Positions 37,828 through 46,442 of a DNA stretch of 64,000 bases are shown here, in pieces. The stretch is from Bacillota bacterium (GTDB lineage: Bacteria; Bacillota; Sulfobacillia; DUMF01), in assembly GCA_049718765.1 (NCBI GenBank), contig JBNARI010000001.1, positions 5,508 to 69,507 on the forward strand, in the 5' to 3' direction. The notes under the pieces were generated by a model. The model ran no database searches. It saw only the letters and a list, made by a program, of their open reading frames with translations, and was not told where the DNA came from. Each line of letters opens with the position of its first letter. Within the stretch, counting starts at the first letter, position 1. The translations under genes and the position numbers were made by a program.

Positions 37828-39225
37828 GTGAGTACTTTCCGAGGCATTGAGATTGGCAGATCGGCAATTTCCACTCACAAGCTAGCCCTGGACGTGGTTG
37901 CCCAAAATGTGGCCAGTGCCAACGTGTCGGGCTATTCGCGTCAGAGCGTACAAATGAAAGCTGTGAGCTACGCCCAGTCTGGACTGAGCGACGTGCAGAA
38001 GTTCACCGGTGCAGGGGTCACAGTGGAAAGGGTGGCCAGGCTACGGGATGCCTTCTTGGACAAGCAGATTCGGCAGGAGACAGCCACGAAGGGCTGGGCT
38101 GACGCAAGGCTTGAGACTTTGAACCAAGTGGAAGTGGTGATGAATGAGCTCGAGAGCACTGGCATTAGGGCGCGGTTGGACGAATTCTGGAATGCGCTGC
38201 AGGAACTTTCGCTGAACCCCGAAAGCGTTAGCGTGCGTGCGACCGTGGTACAGCGAGGCGAAGCACTGTGCGAGGCGTTCAGGCACACGGTTGAATGGCT
38301 CAGGCAGCTTCAGGAGAACCTCAACTACCAGATCCAGACCACAGTTGGTCGGATTAACGACATTGCCTCACAGCTTGCTGAGCTGAACGACCAGATTGTG
38401 AGGGCGAGAGCCAGGGGTGAGTGCTCGAACCTGCTGGAGGACCGCCGGGACCTTCTCATTGATGAGCTGTCGGAGTTTGGGCCAGTTGACGTCACGGTTC
38501 GGACTGAAGGCGCAGCAATCATCAAGCTCGGGGGCTTTCCCATTGTGGACGCCTACGGCTTGGAGAAGCTGGAGTTCCAGGCAGTGGGGGCTTCTGGATA
38601 TCCCGTTGTGACCTGGGGGCCCGAAGGGCGAGTTTTGCAGATCGGCACCGGCAGGCTTAAGGGTTTGTTGGAAGCCAGGGACGAGCTTGCAGCTTCGTAC
38701 ATCGAAGACCTAAACCAGCTTGCTCGCAGCATCGTCGACGAAGTGAATGCGCTTCACAGGAAAGGTTATGGGCTTGACGGCACCACAACTGGGTTGGATT
38801 TCTTCGTCATGGGGAAAGACGCGAGTGACTTGCAGGTGCGCGAAGATATCCTTAAGAACCCCTCATTGGTTGCTGCATCGGCAAGCGGTGAGCCAGGCGA
38901 TGGCAGTAACGCCCTGGCAATGGCTCAGCTCAAACAGAAGACACTGATGGTGAATGCCACTGCGACGTGGGACGATTACATAAGGTCTATCACGGCCAGA
39001 CTTGGCATTGAGACTCAGGAAGCCAAGCGAGTTAGCGAGAACCAGGAGTTGCTGCTGAAGGATTTGGAGAACAGGCGAGAGTCGGTCTCCGGTGTTTCCC
39101 TGGACGAAGAGGCCACCGAGATGATCAAACTCCAGCATGCTTATAACGCTGCTGCAAGGCTCATTACCGCCTACGATGAGCTGCTTGAGGTGCTGATTTC
39201 CCGCACTGGTTTGGTAGGCAGATGA
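37828..39225 (+). CDS. flgK: Flagellar hook-associated protein 1
   Basis: MSTFRGIEIGRSAI N-terminus. C-terminal SGVSLDEEATEMIKLQHAYNAAARL. Confidence 0.93.
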   Translation: MSTFRGIEIGRSAISTHKLALDVVAQNVASANVSGYSRQSVQMKAVSYAQSGLSDVQKFTGAGVTVERVARLRDAFLDKQIRQETATKGWADARLETLNQVEVVMNELESTGIRARLDEFWNALQELSLNPESVSVRATVVQRGEALCEAFRHTVEWLRQLQENLNYQIQTTVGRINDIASQLAELNDQIVRARARGECSNLLEDRRDLLIDELSEFGPVDVTVRTEGAAIIKLGGFPIVDAYGLEKLEFQAVGASGYPVVTWGPEGRVLQIGTGRLKGLLEARDELAASYIEDLNQLARSIVDEVNALHRKGYGLDGTTTGLDFFVMGKDASDLQVREDILKNPSLVAASASGEPGDGSNALAMAQLKQKTLMVNATATWDDYIRSITARLGIETQEAKRVSENQELLLKDLENRRESVSGVSLDEEATEMIKLQHAYNAAARLITAYDELLEVLISRTGLVGR

Positions 39226-39250
39226 GCTGTAGGTCGAGGGGGGCGTGCCT

Positions 39251-40141
39251 ATGAGGATCACCGACAGCATGAGCGTGAACAACCTGCGCTACAACCTTTC
39301 CAAAATTGGAGAGAGGTTGTCCAGGGCCCAGGACATGCTTTCTTCGGGCAAGAGCGTGAACAGGCCCTCTGATGACCCGCGAAAGGCTATGACCAGCCTA
39401 CACATGAAGTCCTTGATAGAGCAGAACCGCAGATACCAAAGCAATGTCCAGGCTGGTATCGATTGGCTGAGCACAACGGACCAGGCTTTGGGAAGCGTGA
39501 ACGAGGCCTTGCAGAGAGCACTGGAACTCGGGATTACCGGCTCCAACAGTGTGCTGCCCGAGGAAAGCCGCCAGGCGATTGCTGCTGAGCTTGAGCAGGT
39601 GCTCCAGCACCTGGTACAGGTGGCCAATACAGAGATTGGTGGACGATATGTGTTTGCTGGGACAAGCACACTGCAGCAGCCGTTTGAGATCGATCAGTCG
39701 AGCCTTTCCGTTTCATACTTTGGCGACGGAGGTAGGCTCGTTTGGGAAATCAGCCGCGGCGCAAGCGTTATTGTGAACGTGGCTGGTACGGAGTTGTTTG
39801 GCTCTAACATGGAAATGTTTAGCGACCTGGTGAAGCTGAGGCAGTCGGTCCTTGCGGGTGACGTTCAGGCCACACAGCAGTGCATTTCCAGGGTGCAGGA
39901 ACACCTAGACAACGTGCTCCGGTACCGGGCCGAGGTAGGCGCTCGGATCAACCGACTACAGGTAACCCTGGATCGTCTCCAACAAGTGGAGATCGAGTAC
40001 ACCCGTGTACTGTCCGAGACGGAAGATGCGGATTTAGCTGGGACCATGGTTACACTGAACACAGAGGAAATCACTTACCGCGCGGCGCTGGAAGTAGGAG
40101 CGAGGATTGCTCAGCCTAGTTTGATCGATTATCTAAGATGA
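39251..40141 (+). CDS. flgL: Flagellar hook-associated protein 3
   Basis: ATG 39251 gives MRITDSM... Flagellin-like N- and C-terminal helices. About 296 aa. Confidence 0.9.
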   Translation: MRITDSMSVNNLRYNLSKIGERLSRAQDMLSSGKSVNRPSDDPRKAMTSLHMKSLIEQNRRYQSNVQAGIDWLSTTDQALGSVNEALQRALELGITGSNSVLPEESRQAIAAELEQVLQHLVQVANTEIGGRYVFAGTSTLQQPFEIDQSSLSVSYFGDGGRLVWEISRGASVIVNVAGTELFGSNMEMFSDLVKLRQSVLAGDVQATQQCISRVQEHLDNVLRYRAEVGARINRLQVTLDRLQQVEIEYTRVLSETEDADLAGTMVTLNTEEITYRAALEVGARIAQPSLIDYLR

Positions 40142-40176
40142 GTCTTTTCCAAGCGTTCCGACGTGCTGGCTAACGT

Positions 40177-40232
40177 GAGCCCGCGGACGCAAGTAAAGTG
40201 CTTGAGCTTGTGGCCGTGGGCTCGTTGTTTTG
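40177..40232 (+). terminator. Possible terminator after flgL
   Basis: GAGCCCGCGG (40177-86) pairs with CCGTGGGCTC (40214-23; one G-U), then GTTGTTTTGCC. The loop is large. Confidence 0.4.
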
Positions 40233-40355
40233 CCATAAGTTTTGTTTGGGGCTGGCCGTGTTGAGCGTACTCAGGGCACAGCCATGACCTGGCACCTGCT
40301 GCAAGCCCAGGGGCTTTTGCGTTTTGTTGTGGCGGTTGTTGGTGTGGGGACGGGC

Positions 40356-40383
40356 TAAAACCTGGTGCTGTCACTGTCGATAA
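40356..40383 (+). promoter_or_regulatory. Sigma-28 (SigD-type) promoter of the flagellin gene
   Basis: TAAA (40356-59), 15-16-nt spacer, GTCGATAA (40376-83). About 100 nt upstream of the flagellin start. Confidence 0.65.
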
Positions 40384-40483
40384 ACATAGTGAGCACAGGA
40401 GTAAGGCAACACCAGAGCGCTTTTCTCGTGGCGCCCGGGAAGAGTGGCAGCGGGTTGTAGGTGAGAGTAAGGAGGGTAATGTG

Positions 40484-41605
40484 ATGAGGATTAACCACAA
40501 TATTAACGCACTGAATGCGTGGAGAAACTTGACCGTCACTGACGGGTCTCTTGCGAAGTCCCTTGAAAGGCTGTCTTCGGGTTACAGGATCAATAAGGCT
40601 GCAGACGATGCCGCAGGGTTGGCCATCTCAGAAAAGATGAGGGCCCAAATCAGGGGGCTGCAGCTGGCGCAACGTAACGCACAGAACGGTATTTCGCTAA
40701 TCCAGACGGCTGAGGGTGCATTGAACGAAACCCATGCGATTCTGCAGAGGATGAGGGAACTTGCAGTTCAGGCTCTGAACGATACAAACACCGACGAGGA
40801 CCGTGCAGCTCTGGATAAGGAGTATCAACAACTGGTTAATGAAATTACGAGGATTGCTAACACTACCGAGTTCAACACTACGAAGCTCCTGGATGGGTCG
40901 TTGGGAGCGAGCATTGAGAATGTCGGGTCTAGCTTGACACCGAGCAACGGTATCGTAAGCATTGAGCTTAACGGCGCAGCTGTGGCTAATGGCTATACGA
41001 TCACTGTAGAAGACGGCACCACTGGCAAGAAGATAACGGTGTCCCAGGGGTCAGTGTCGGAGACGATTGACAATGTGAGCGTGCCCAGTGGCTTTAACAC
41101 AACCACACTCAACTTTGCGTCCCTTGGCATTAAGTTGACTGTCAACAGCGCTTTGACAAACATCTCTTTGAACAACACGTTCGATGTAACTGCCTCAGGT
41201 AGCATGAACCTGCAAATTGGAGCAAACGCTACACAAACGATGGCCATATCCATCTCCGACATGAGAGCGAGCGCTCTGGGAGGCTCCACGAAGTTGAACT
41301 CGACCAGCGTGGCCACGGCAAGCGGCGCACAGACGGCGTTGACCTCCATAGACACAGCTATTGACGAAGTGTCCACGCTAAGAGCTCAACTAGGCGCATA
41401 CCAGAACAGGCTCGAACACACAGTATACAACCTGGGAGTTGCTGCAGAGAACCTCACTGCGGCAGAATCCAGGATCCGTGACGTGGACATGGCGCTTGAG
41501 ATGGCGGAGTTCACAAAGAACCAGATCCTGGTGCAGTCTGGCACTGCTATGTTGGCACAGGCGAACATGCAGCCGCAAGCGATCCTCAGGCTGCTGCAGG
41601 CCTAA
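40484..41605 (+). CDS. fliC: Flagellin
   Basis: ATG 40484 lies 8 nt after GGAGG. MRINHNINALNA..LSSGYRINKAADDAAGLAISEKM N-terminus. LGAYQNRLEH .. ILVQSGTAMLAQAN C-terminus. Confidence 0.97.
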   Translation: MRINHNINALNAWRNLTVTDGSLAKSLERLSSGYRINKAADDAAGLAISEKMRAQIRGLQLAQRNAQNGISLIQTAEGALNETHAILQRMRELAVQALNDTNTDEDRAALDKEYQQLVNEITRIANTTEFNTTKLLDGSLGASIENVGSSLTPSNGIVSIELNGAAVANGYTITVEDGTTGKKITVSQGSVSETIDNVSVPSGFNTTTLNFASLGIKLTVNSALTNISLNNTFDVTASGSMNLQIGANATQTMAISISDMRASALGGSTKLNSTSVATASGAQTALTSIDTAIDEVSTLRAQLGAYQNRLEHTVYNLGVAAENLTAAESRIRDVDMALEMAEFTKNQILVQSGTAMLAQANMQPQAILRLLQA

Positions 41606-41622
41606 CAACATAATACTGATGG

Positions 41623-41651
41623 GGGCTGGCCAGTTCCCGGCTGGCCAGCCC
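41623..41651 (+). terminator. Strong hairpin (terminator/attenuator) between flagellin and fliD
   Basis: GGGCTGGCCAG pairs perfectly with CTGGCCAGCCC (11 bp) around a 7-nt loop. The downstream T-tract is weak. Confidence 0.5.
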
Positions 41652-41695
41652 AAATAGTTTGAGGAGACACGAGAAACTGGGAGGGGGCGGAGCAC

Positions 41696-43534
41696 GTGGG
41701 CGAAGTTAGACTGAGCGGGCTAATCTCTGGAATGGACACCGATGACGTCATTTCCAAGCTGATGGCGATTGAAAGGAAGCCCGTGGACTTGCTGCAAAGC
41801 CAGAAAGCCCAGCTGCAGTCCAAGAGGGAAGCGTGGAACAGGGTATACAGCGCTCTAACAACGCTGGATGCGAAGCTGGCAGGCCTTACCACGGTGGACA
41901 CATACCTTTCGGCCAAGGCGTCTGTGGATGATTCGTCGGTGGTTCAGGTTTCTGCATCCAGCAGCGCTTCCCCTGGGAAATTAGCCCTTGAAGTAATGCA
42001 GCTTGCCACTGCGCACGTGGTGGCCTCAGCAGCCCAGTCCAGCACCACCCAGGCCATCGGAATCGCAGGTTCGCCCATGATCAACGGAAAGGCCCTCCTA
42101 ATCTCATCGTCGGACTCGCTGGAGACCATTGCAGCCAAGATCAATTCGCTCGACGCAGGTGTAAGCGCAACAGTAGTCAAAGTGGACTCCTCAAGCTGGA
42201 AACTGGTGGTCAGCTCCAAGCAAACTGGGGCAGCTGCGCAGATAACTCTTGTCGACGACGGCGGAGCCCTAGAGGCACTGGGGCTGGTTGTGAACGGCCA
42301 AGCAAACACCGTGCAGGAAGCCCAAGATGCCAGGTTCAAGGTGAATTCCATTGAGGTCCAGCGGGCATCCAACACCGTGTCCGACGTGGTAACAGGCCTT
42401 ACCTTCACCCTGAAAAACATCGGCACCACTGTGGTAACTGTGGAAAGGGACTATTCTGCAGTGGTTTCAGCCGTGAAGGCATTTGTTAACGCTTACAACA
42501 GCGCGGTGGATGCCATCAAGAATGAAACTTATTACGATGCGACCAACAAGAAGGCCGGTGCATTGCTCGGTGAGACATCGCTGATGAGTCTGCAAAACAA
42601 GATGAGGCAGGTGCTAGTCTCGGCCGTTCCCGGGCTTCCACAGTCCCTGAGCCGGGCTGCAGACGTGGGCCTGACCACGGAGGCCTACGTTCCGGGTAGT
42701 GGCTCTGGGGAGCACCTCAAACTGGATGAGGGAAAACTCACTGCGGCGTTGGAGTCGGATCCCGAGGCGGTGATGAAGTTGTTTGGAGCGAGGCGTGTGA
42801 ACGTGGCGCTTGCCTCGAGCGGCGCAAGTGCTACTGGTTTGGATGAGTACGGCAATACCAATGAGTACGACGCACAGGTGTACTCGGCGTCAGGGGCAAT
42901 TAACGGAGATACCTCCAGCCTAAGATGGGGGACCACTGGCGGGGGATGGAACGATGGCACGGCTGGAGTGTACCCTGATTACCTGCAAATCGTGTTTGCC
43001 GGGCAGCGCACCATAGACACAGTTAAAGTCTACACTCTTAACTCAGAGGCTTTTCCGGCCAACCAGTACGGCGTGCGTGACCTCCGGGTACAGTACTGGG
43101 ACGGCACCACGTGGATAACCGTTTCCACCGTGTCAGGAAACACGTCCGGGGTTGTGAGCTGCAGTTTCGATCCCGTGACCACCGACCGGATAAGGGTTGT
43201 CGTGGACGCCACCAACGGTCAGGGAGACTACTCGCGCATCACGGAAGTTGAGGTATACCAGCGGGATGCGGGACTGGCTTCGGCAATTTCCGAACTGCTC
43301 AAGAGCTTTACGTCCTCGGGTGGCGTGATAAAGAACAAACAGGACACAATCGACAGAACTGTATCCAACATAGACAGCCGCATTGAGGACTGGGAGCGAA
43401 GGCTGGAGCTGCGGGAAGAAGCTCTGAGGAAGCAGTTTAACTCCATGGAAGTAGCACTCAACAAGCTCAAAACCCAAAGCGCCTGGCTGAGCATTCAGTT
43501 CGCCAGCATCTACGGAAGCGGTGAGAAATCATGA
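41696..43534 (+). CDS. fliD: Flagellar filament cap protein FliD with an inserted beta-sandwich (lectin-like) domain
   Basis: GTG start after GGGAGGGGG. N-terminal GLISGMDTDDVISKLMAIERKP. C-terminal coiled coil. 612 aa, versus the usual ~450-500. Confidence 0.9.
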   Translation: MGEVRLSGLISGMDTDDVISKLMAIERKPVDLLQSQKAQLQSKREAWNRVYSALTTLDAKLAGLTTVDTYLSAKASVDDSSVVQVSASSSASPGKLALEVMQLATAHVVASAAQSSTTQAIGIAGSPMINGKALLISSSDSLETIAAKINSLDAGVSATVVKVDSSSWKLVVSSKQTGAAAQITLVDDGGALEALGLVVNGQANTVQEAQDARFKVNSIEVQRASNTVSDVVTGLTFTLKNIGTTVVTVERDYSAVVSAVKAFVNAYNSAVDAIKNETYYDATNKKAGALLGETSLMSLQNKMRQVLVSAVPGLPQSLSRAADVGLTTEAYVPGSGSGEHLKLDEGKLTAALESDPEAVMKLFGARRVNVALASSGASATGLDEYGNTNEYDAQVYSASGAINGDTSSLRWGTTGGGWNDGTAGVYPDYLQIVFAGQRTIDTVKVYTLNSEAFPANQYGVRDLRVQYWDGTTWITVSTVSGNTSGVVSCSFDPVTTDRIRVVVDATNGQGDYSRITEVEVYQRDAGLASAISELLKSFTSSGGVIKNKQDTIDRTVSNIDSRIEDWERRLELREEALRKQFNSMEVALNKLKTQSAWLSIQFASIYGSGEKS

Positions 43535-43899
43535 CCAACCCGTATGAGCAGTATAAGCGCGTTCAAGTCCAGACTGCCAACCCGATCGAGCTGGTTGTGA
43601 TGGCTTACGACGGTGCAAGCGTGTACCTGGCAAGGGCCAAAGAGGCCATGAGTGACGGCAACTACCAGGCTGCCGGTGAGTGGATCAGACGGGTGCAGAG
43701 CATAATTGCGGAGTTGACCTCTTCCTTAGACCCTGCAGCGGGTGAAGTATCGTATAACCTGGCTAGGCTATATGGGTTCATCAACGAGAGACTGGGCAGA
43801 GTTACGGCCTCAAGAGACCCGAAGTTTCTAGATGAAATAGCCAAGGTGTTAGATACCCTTAAACAGGGATGGTGCGAGTGTGCCAAACGCAGCAAGTGA
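43531..43899 (+). CDS. fliS: Flagellar export chaperone FliS
   Basis: 122 aa. YKRVQVQTANPIELVVMAYDGA..NLARLYGFINERL are typical FliS motifs. ATGA overlap with fliD. Confidence 0.9.
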   Translation: MTNPYEQYKRVQVQTANPIELVVMAYDGASVYLARAKEAMSDGNYQAAGEWIRRVQSIIAELTSSLDPAAGEVSYNLARLYGFINERLGRVTASRDPKFLDEIAKVLDTLKQGWCECAKRSK

Positions 43900-44275
43900 C
43901 CAGTTGTTGGAAAAGCTTCAGAGGATCCTCAGCCTCGCCAGGGCTCAACTCTGGGCAGTGAGAATGGGCGACCCCGAGGCCTTTGAGAGGCTCACCGCTG
44001 AAAGGGAAAGGGTCCAGCAAGAGCTGGCATCCGTGATGAGCTCAGCCAACCGAGGGCAGGATGCCTCAACGGTTGCAGAAGAATCGCCGGATACGACAAG
44101 AAACGTAAGGTTGTTGTTGTTTCAGATCAATCAGGTGGACCAGCAGTGCATGGCCGAAGGCCAAAGGCTCAGGGACGCAACGATGAAGGCCCTCAAAGAC
44201 ACCCAGGCTTATCTGGATTGGTCCCGATGGCATAGTAGAAACCCAAGACCGCCTCTCATAGACACATCGGGCTGA
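43880..44275 (+). CDS. FliT-like helical protein (assignment by position)
   Basis: 131 aa helical protein directly after fliS. No strong motif. Confidence 0.4.
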   Translation: MPNAASDQLLEKLQRILSLARAQLWAVRMGDPEAFERLTAERERVQQELASVMSSANRGQDASTVAEESPDTTRNVRLLLFQINQVDQQCMAEGQRLRDATMKALKDTQAYLDWSRWHSRNPRPPLIDTSG

Positions 44276-44370
44276 ACGCCTTAACCATTAGTCACTTTGT
44301 CACTAGGGAGCTTCTCCAGGGGTCGACATTTCCTGACAGTAGTTGCCACGTTAATCATAAAGCTTCATTG

Positions 44371-44443
44371 CTATCCACTAGTTGTCCACAAGTACAAACT
44401 GCCTTCTTGCAGGTTATCAACAGAGTTTTGCACATTATCCACA
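44371..44443. promoter_or_regulatory. Cluster of four co-oriented DnaA-box-like 9-mers
   Basis: CTATCCACT (44371-79), TTGTCCACA (44382-90), TTATCAACA (44414-22), TTATCCACA (44435-43), compared with consensus TTATCCACA. Confidence 0.5.
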
Positions 44444-44598
44444 GGCAAGCTGCCGACAAGGGGAGTGCATAACCATGTGTTACCATTGTCAGCCGCAAAG
44501 CCTGTCGAAACAGAAAGCTCCGGCCTGTTAGCCGGAGCAATTCCTGTCAGCTTTTTCTGAGAGATTACATCAAGCAACCTGACCCATTGCTGACTTGG

Positions 44599-44799
44599 TC
44601 AGGATACTTTCACCACGTTGGCTGCCTGGGGTCCCTTTGGTCCCTGCACGATTTCGAACTCCACCTTGTCGCCAGCCATCAGACTCTTGAAACCTTGGGT
44701 CTGGATCGCCGAGTAGTGGACGAACACGTCCGGGCCGTTCTCCCTCTCGATAAACCCGTAGCCCTTCTCAGCGCTGAACCACTTGACGGTACCTTGCAT
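44599..44799 (-). CDS. Cold-shock protein (CspA family)
   Basis: ATG 44799 follows AGGAGGAA. KGYGFI (RNP1) and VFVHYS (RNP2). 66 aa. Confidence 0.97.
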   Translation of the reverse strand: MQGTVKWFSAEKGYGFIERENGPDVFVHYSAIQTQGFKSLMAGDKVEFEIVQGPKGPQAANVVKVS

Positions 44800-44852
44800 T
44801 AACTTTATTCCTCCTAACAAATTTGCAGTACGAGCTTTCTAGGCTCACCGTG

Positions 44853-44881
44853 ACTATATCACTTGCAACCGTGAAAGTCAA
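44853..44881 (-). promoter_or_regulatory. Sigma-A promoter of the csp gene
   Basis: Minus strand: TTGACT-N17-TATAGT. Confidence 0.7.
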
Positions 44882-45095
44882 ACTTAATGTTCTGGGTGCC
44901 TGGGAATCATTGGAGGACATGACAGGACTTGCCTGAGATAGGCTATGGGCCTTTGCTCCAGTCGCTTCACAACGCCTGGTGTGGAGTGATACCTGTGTAT
45001 CACTGCGCCAGTGGCACTTGTACCACCTGCCCCGCTTCCGCTATTGGCACGAAAGGTACTCTGGCAGAGTCAGAAGAGTGGCATGGACCCTTTGG

Positions 45096-46442
45096 TCAGT
45101 CACCCAGCGCCACAGTCACTGTGCTGTACTCTGAGCCATACTTTGGGCTAACCAAGTACAGCTGCAGCTGAGCGGGCTTCCGGCTGCCAAACAGTTCCTG
45201 CCTGACAGCAAACCCGAACACTCCCCAGCCCGTTCCGTTTGTAGAGGTGGTGTAGCTCTCAAGCAGTACCCCGCCGCTTTCGTCCTTAAGCCGGAAGTTC
45301 ACTGTACCTTCAAAGGCTGCAGCTGCCCCCAGCACAACAAGGTCACCACCCTGCCACGTCACGCCCGGACGGGGCGCAAGCACCAATACGTTTTTGCCGC
45401 TTATGCCCAGGACCCGGGCAACAACGGTGCTAGCTTCAGCCCTGGTGAGACCGCTGGCGGGCCTAAATGACCCATCGGGGTAGCCAAGGAGCAGTCCTCT
45501 CTTCACTGCTTCCTGCACCCACTGGAAGTACTTAAGCGTGATCTGGCTTGCATCCCGGAAAGAGATGGGGTTGCTGTGTCCAGTCGGCTGGGCTCCAGAG
45601 TGTGCGCCTCGGTACGCGTCAGAGGCTCTTACTGCTAACCAGGCCATTTCTTCGCGGGCGATGGTCTCGTCGGGCCGGAACTGTGGCCCATAATCGTCGA
45701 CTGAAAACAGACCCGAAGCAACCGCTCTTTTCACGTACTGAGCCACCCAGTGCCCCTCAATATCCTGGAAAGGTACGTTCTGGTTGAGTGCATTTGGGAT
45801 GTCAATCGCCTCCACGAGCATTTTCACGAACTCCGCCCGGGTGAGCGTCCTGTCGGGTTTAAAGGTGCCGTCTTCGTAGCCGTTGACGATGTCCAGGAGC
45901 TGCAACAGGGCCACTGTGCCACCTGCCCAGTGCTGCTCCACGTCGGAAAACGTTCGAAAGACCCAACTCCTGTCGGGAGCTATAGGTTTCGTGATGTCCA
46001 CGTGCCCTGCAAGGGACTCGCTCTGCCCCTCCACCAGGATCCTTACGGAGTTCACTGAAGAGAACTGGCCAAGGGTGCTGACCAGGGCTGCAACCACAGC
46101 CGCTTCTCCCCCAGAACCCACGTTGAGCCTGCGAATGCCTCCTCCCAGGTCCACGGTGCACACTCCATCACGGATGTTCAGCCCCAGTATTTCGGTATCT
46201 GTGGGGATCATCCTTGGCAGGACAGATTCCACCCCTGAGCCGGCAATGAGACGTTCCAGGGCAGCCCTGGCGGGCGCAGCCACGGGAGGGGAGAGGAATT
46301 CCACGGGAACTACGAACGAACCACTTTGCAGGTACACCGGGTAGTAGACATGGAACCTGCTGACTGCCCCAGCAGGAGCGGCCGGCATCAGCATCAACGC
46401 TGCCGTGAGAAACCCCGCCACTAGTTTGAGCCAATCAATCAC
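45096..46442 (-). CDS. Secreted GerMN + 3x SLH + Gmad2 (Ig-like) domain protein
   Basis: Signal peptide from GTG 46442 (the track ORF extends to 46508). GerMN region. Three SLH repeats (FSDVEQHWA.., FQDIEGHWV.., FRDASQI..). C-terminal FEGTVNFRL.. Gmad2-like domain. Confidence 0.85.
   Translation of the reverse strand: MIDWLKLVAGFLTAALMLMPAAPAGAVSRFHVYYPVYLQSGSFVVPVEFLSPPVAAPARAALERLIAGSGVESVLPRMIPTDTEILGLNIRDGVCTVDLGGGIRRLNVGSGGEAAVVAALVSTLGQFSSVNSVRILVEGQSESLAGHVDITKPIAPDRSWVFRTFSDVEQHWAGGTVALLQLLDIVNGYEDGTFKPDRTLTRAEFVKMLVEAIDIPNALNQNVPFQDIEGHWVAQYVKRAVASGLFSVDDYGPQFRPDETIAREEMAWLAVRASDAYRGAHSGAQPTGHSNPISFRDASQITLKYFQWVQEAVKRGLLLGYPDGSFRPASGLTRAEASTVVARVLGISGKNVLVLAPRPGVTWQGGDLVVLGAAAAFEGTVNFRLKDESGGVLLESYTTSTNGTGWGVFGFAVRQELFGSRKPAQLQLYLVSPKYGSEYSTVTVALGD

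Noticed and set aside
40129-40539. 136-aa minus-strand ORF spanning the flgL-flagellin spacer. The spacer was also checked for decayed fliW or csrA reading frames.
   Set aside because: The ORF is antisense to the flagellin promoter and leader and has a low-complexity translation. No plus-strand frame resembles CsrA or FliW.
44495-44560. GCCGCAAAGCC followed by small hairpins superficially resembles the GACGCAAAGCC block of a second GEMM-I riboswitch.
   Set aside because: It lacks GGGCAAACC, the GNRA hairpin and the GCCGGG..GCC 3' block. No downstream gene lies on that strand, because csp is convergent.
44297-44577. ORFs of 61-87 aa on both strands inside the DnaA-box spacer.
   Set aside because: They overlap one another, lack SD sequences and have an odd, Cys/Leu-rich low-complexity composition. 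The region is better explained as non-coding.
44985-45004. Perfect 8-bp palindrome AGTGATAC-ctgt-GTATCACT between csp and the SLH protein gene.
   Set aside because: It is isolated, has no T-tract, is not repeated elsewhere in the window, and has no adjacent regulator gene. It cannot be distinguished from chance or a weak 3' hairpin.
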